The position numbers were made by a program, and so were the translations under genes. The notes under the pieces are model-generated. The model was given only the letters and a program-made list of their open reading frames with translations. It did no database searches and was not told where the DNA came from. Positions 62,282 through 64,000 of a stretch of DNA of 64,000 bases are shown piece after piece. Positions within the stretch are counted from its first letter, which is position 1, and every line of letters starts with the position of its first letter. Location of the stretch: the NCBI GenBank assembly GCA_965215005.1, contig CBDCCZ010000010.1:96001-160000 (forward strand), read 5' to 3'. This DNA is from Kofleriaceae bacterium. GTDB taxonomy: Bacteria; Myxococcota_A; Polyangia; Haliangiales; Haliangiaceae.

Positions 62282-63976
62282 CTAGCCTGTTTTCCCGCCG
62301 CTGCTGCCCACCATCGCAGTCCAGTCGCTGCGCTCCACACCATACGCCCGACGGATCGCCTCCATCGTGGGCTGCTCGCCGATGCCCAACGGAATCGGCA
62401 GGCTGCTCAGATACGCGGTCTTCATGCGCATGTAGCCGCCGCGGAGCGGGATGCCGGTCTCGCTCAGCCACAAGCTCACCGCCGGCGACCGCAGCACCGC
62501 CGCGATCAGCGGCAGTGGAATGTCGTTGGTCGCGCGAAGCGCGTACGCCGAATCGAGAATCAAGCCCCCACTGCAGTCGATCCCAACGCGCGGGACCCGC
62601 ACCACATCGGGAACAATGAGCTTGGCAGCGGTGTCACGCAGAAATACGAGATTCTGCGGACGCCCAAAACGATAGAAGCGGGCATCGCGGTACTTGCCGC
62701 CCTCGCGCTCTTCTAGCAGCGCTCGAGTCGCGGCGAAATACGCCGCCGCGCAAGGAAAGTAGCGTGCGAGCGTCTCGGGGGCGATGAGCTGCGCGTTGAC
62801 GTACGGAGTGATGCAACGGCGTCGCGAATCGATGGCCGCGTTGTCGCGAATATCGCGGCCGCGGGCACAGGGAACAGCTAGCGCCGATTCGATAGCCACC
62901 TCGCGTTCGAGCGCGTTCGAGTAGCCGCGCACCAGCTCGCCGTGCTCCTCGCAGCGCTCGAGCAAATACACGCGGTCCGCGTTGGTGCCGGTGCCCTTGG
63001 CGATGCGAGCAACGCTGCCGAGCGGCGGTCCAGCTCGCCGCATGGTCTCGATGAGGGTGCGCCGGGTACCGATTGAGAGCCGCCACGGCTCGGCGCCTAG
63101 CGACGATGCCGAGACACAACCAACCGACCACTGGCCGCCTGCGGCACGCGCGATTGCCACCGCAGATGTCGGTGCGCGCGACAAAACGATCAGCGATGCA
63201 TACGTCGTAGCGCCCGCGAACAGCTGCTTGGCACCGAAGTCGACGATTGCCTCCACGCTCCGCGCCGCTGCCAACAGCGCGCGCAGCGGCGCCGCAGCTT
63301 GCGCCGTGAGCCAGCGCGATGGCACCACCAAACCCACGCCGCCGCTGGGGCGCGCCCACTGCAGTGATTGCTCGAGAAACGCCGCATAGAGGTCCCATTC
63401 GCCGTGTGAGGTCGCTGCGTAGCGGCCACGGAGTTGGCGCCAGAGTGCAGGGTCGGTGCGCGCCAAGTGCACGCTGCGCTGATATGGCGGGTTGCCGACC
63501 ACCACGTCGAACTTGCCAAGACCAGCGGGTCCGTCGCTGAGCGCTTCACAACAGTGGACGCTTGTGAGCGACTCGAGAGCCGCGGCGGCGACCGCAGCAA
63601 ATCTCGGCGCTCGCTCGAGGCCCACGATGCAGGTAGCGGCGATGGCAGCGCGCGCTCGCGACCGCTCAAAGCCACGGCTAACGGCGGCATTGGTCATTCT
63701 CTCGCGTGCCGCTAACAAGAAGCGCCCGTCACCGCACGCCGGATCGAGCACGCGGATGGATGGCGCCCCGGCGGCGCTCCATTGCACCTCCGCCGCGGTA
63801 AGCCGCGGCTCGAGAACTTGCTCGAGGATCAACTCGACCAGCGGCACGGGCGTGAAATAGGCGCCGCGCGCGCGGCGACTCGCCCGCGAGGACGCCGCAT
63901 CGATAGCGGCAACGTCACCAGCCGCACTAGCAGCAAGTTGTCGATCGAGCTTCGCGAGCCGCTCTACCGTCAGCAC
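62282..63976 (-). CDS. Gamma-class N6-adenine DNA methyltransferase (TaqI/Eco57I-like), no nuclease domain
   Basis: [18 protein letters not shown] (motif I) preceding VVGNPPY (motif IV), DLYAAF, TaqI_C-like C-terminus. Confidence 0.88.
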   Translation of the reverse strand: MLTVERLAKLDRQLAASAAGDVAAIDAASSRASRRARGAYFTPVPLVELILEQVLEPRLTAAEVQWSAAGAPSIRVLDPACGDGRFLLAARERMTNAAVSRGFERSRARAAIAATCIVGLERAPRFAAVAAAALESLTSVHCCEALSDGPAGLGKFDVVVGNPPYQRSVHLARTDPALWRQLRGRYAATSHGEWDLYAAFLEQSLQWARPSGGVGLVVPSRWLTAQAAAPLRALLAAARSVEAIVDFGAKQLFAGATTYASLIVLSRAPTSAVAIARAAGGQWSVGCVSASSLGAEPWRLSIGTRRTLIETMRRAGPPLGSVARIAKGTGTNADRVYLLERCEEHGELVRGYSNALEREVAIESALAVPCARGRDIRDNAAIDSRRRCITPYVNAQLIAPETLARYFPCAAAYFAATRALLEEREGGKYRDARFYRFGRPQNLVFLRDTAAKLIVPDVVRVPRVGIDCSGGLILDSAYALRATNDIPLPLIAAVLRSPAVSLWLSETGIPLRGGYMRMKTAYLSSLPIPLGIGEQPTMEAIRRAYGVERSDWTAMVGSSGGKTG

Positions 63977-64000
63977 CGAATGAAGGTAGCAGTCGTGTCT

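Noticed and set aside
62282..63976. Type IIG restriction-modification fusion or defence island
   Set aside because: Only 564 aa with no N-terminal PD-(D/E)xK nuclease region; the neighbours in view are metabolic genes.

Overview
High-GC bacterial chromosomal segment. The gene content (eukaryote-like Ser/Thr kinases, a DUF4157 protein, many lipoproteins, AGPS-like oxidoreductases) is consistent with a myxobacterium; this taxonomy is an inference. From about 6.7 kb to the end the window is densely packed housekeeping, metabolic and signalling genes: 5'-3' exonuclease, panD, rsmE, RlmK-like methylase, Tex, acyl-CoA enzymes, desaturase, two-component systems and an orphan DNA methylase. I found no rRNA, tRNA, CRISPR array or intact mobile element. 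The notable part is 1-5899 (minus strand), which looks like a polymorphic toxin/immunity cassette array. It begins with a 1405-aa protein (peptidoglycan-binding motif, DUF4157/eCIS-core HExxH domain, three annexin-type GxGT(D/N)E repeats, C-terminal HExxH...EFFAEAY metallopeptidase). Downstream come a lipoprotein, a decayed 3' fragment of a paralogous lipoprotein, an orphan copy of the large protein's last ~38 codons, and a second paralogous lipoprotein that is missing from the ORF track and runs off the window. Other non-obvious signals: many genes carry a TAnnnT box 6-7 nt before the start codon (leaderless signature), including three divergent gene pairs whose -10 boxes share one central TA; and a 600-bp convergent intergenic region holds a 4 x 11-bp PhoB/OmpR-type repeat array and a long hairpin (candidate sRNA). 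All domain calls come from motif recognition by eye; no searches were run.
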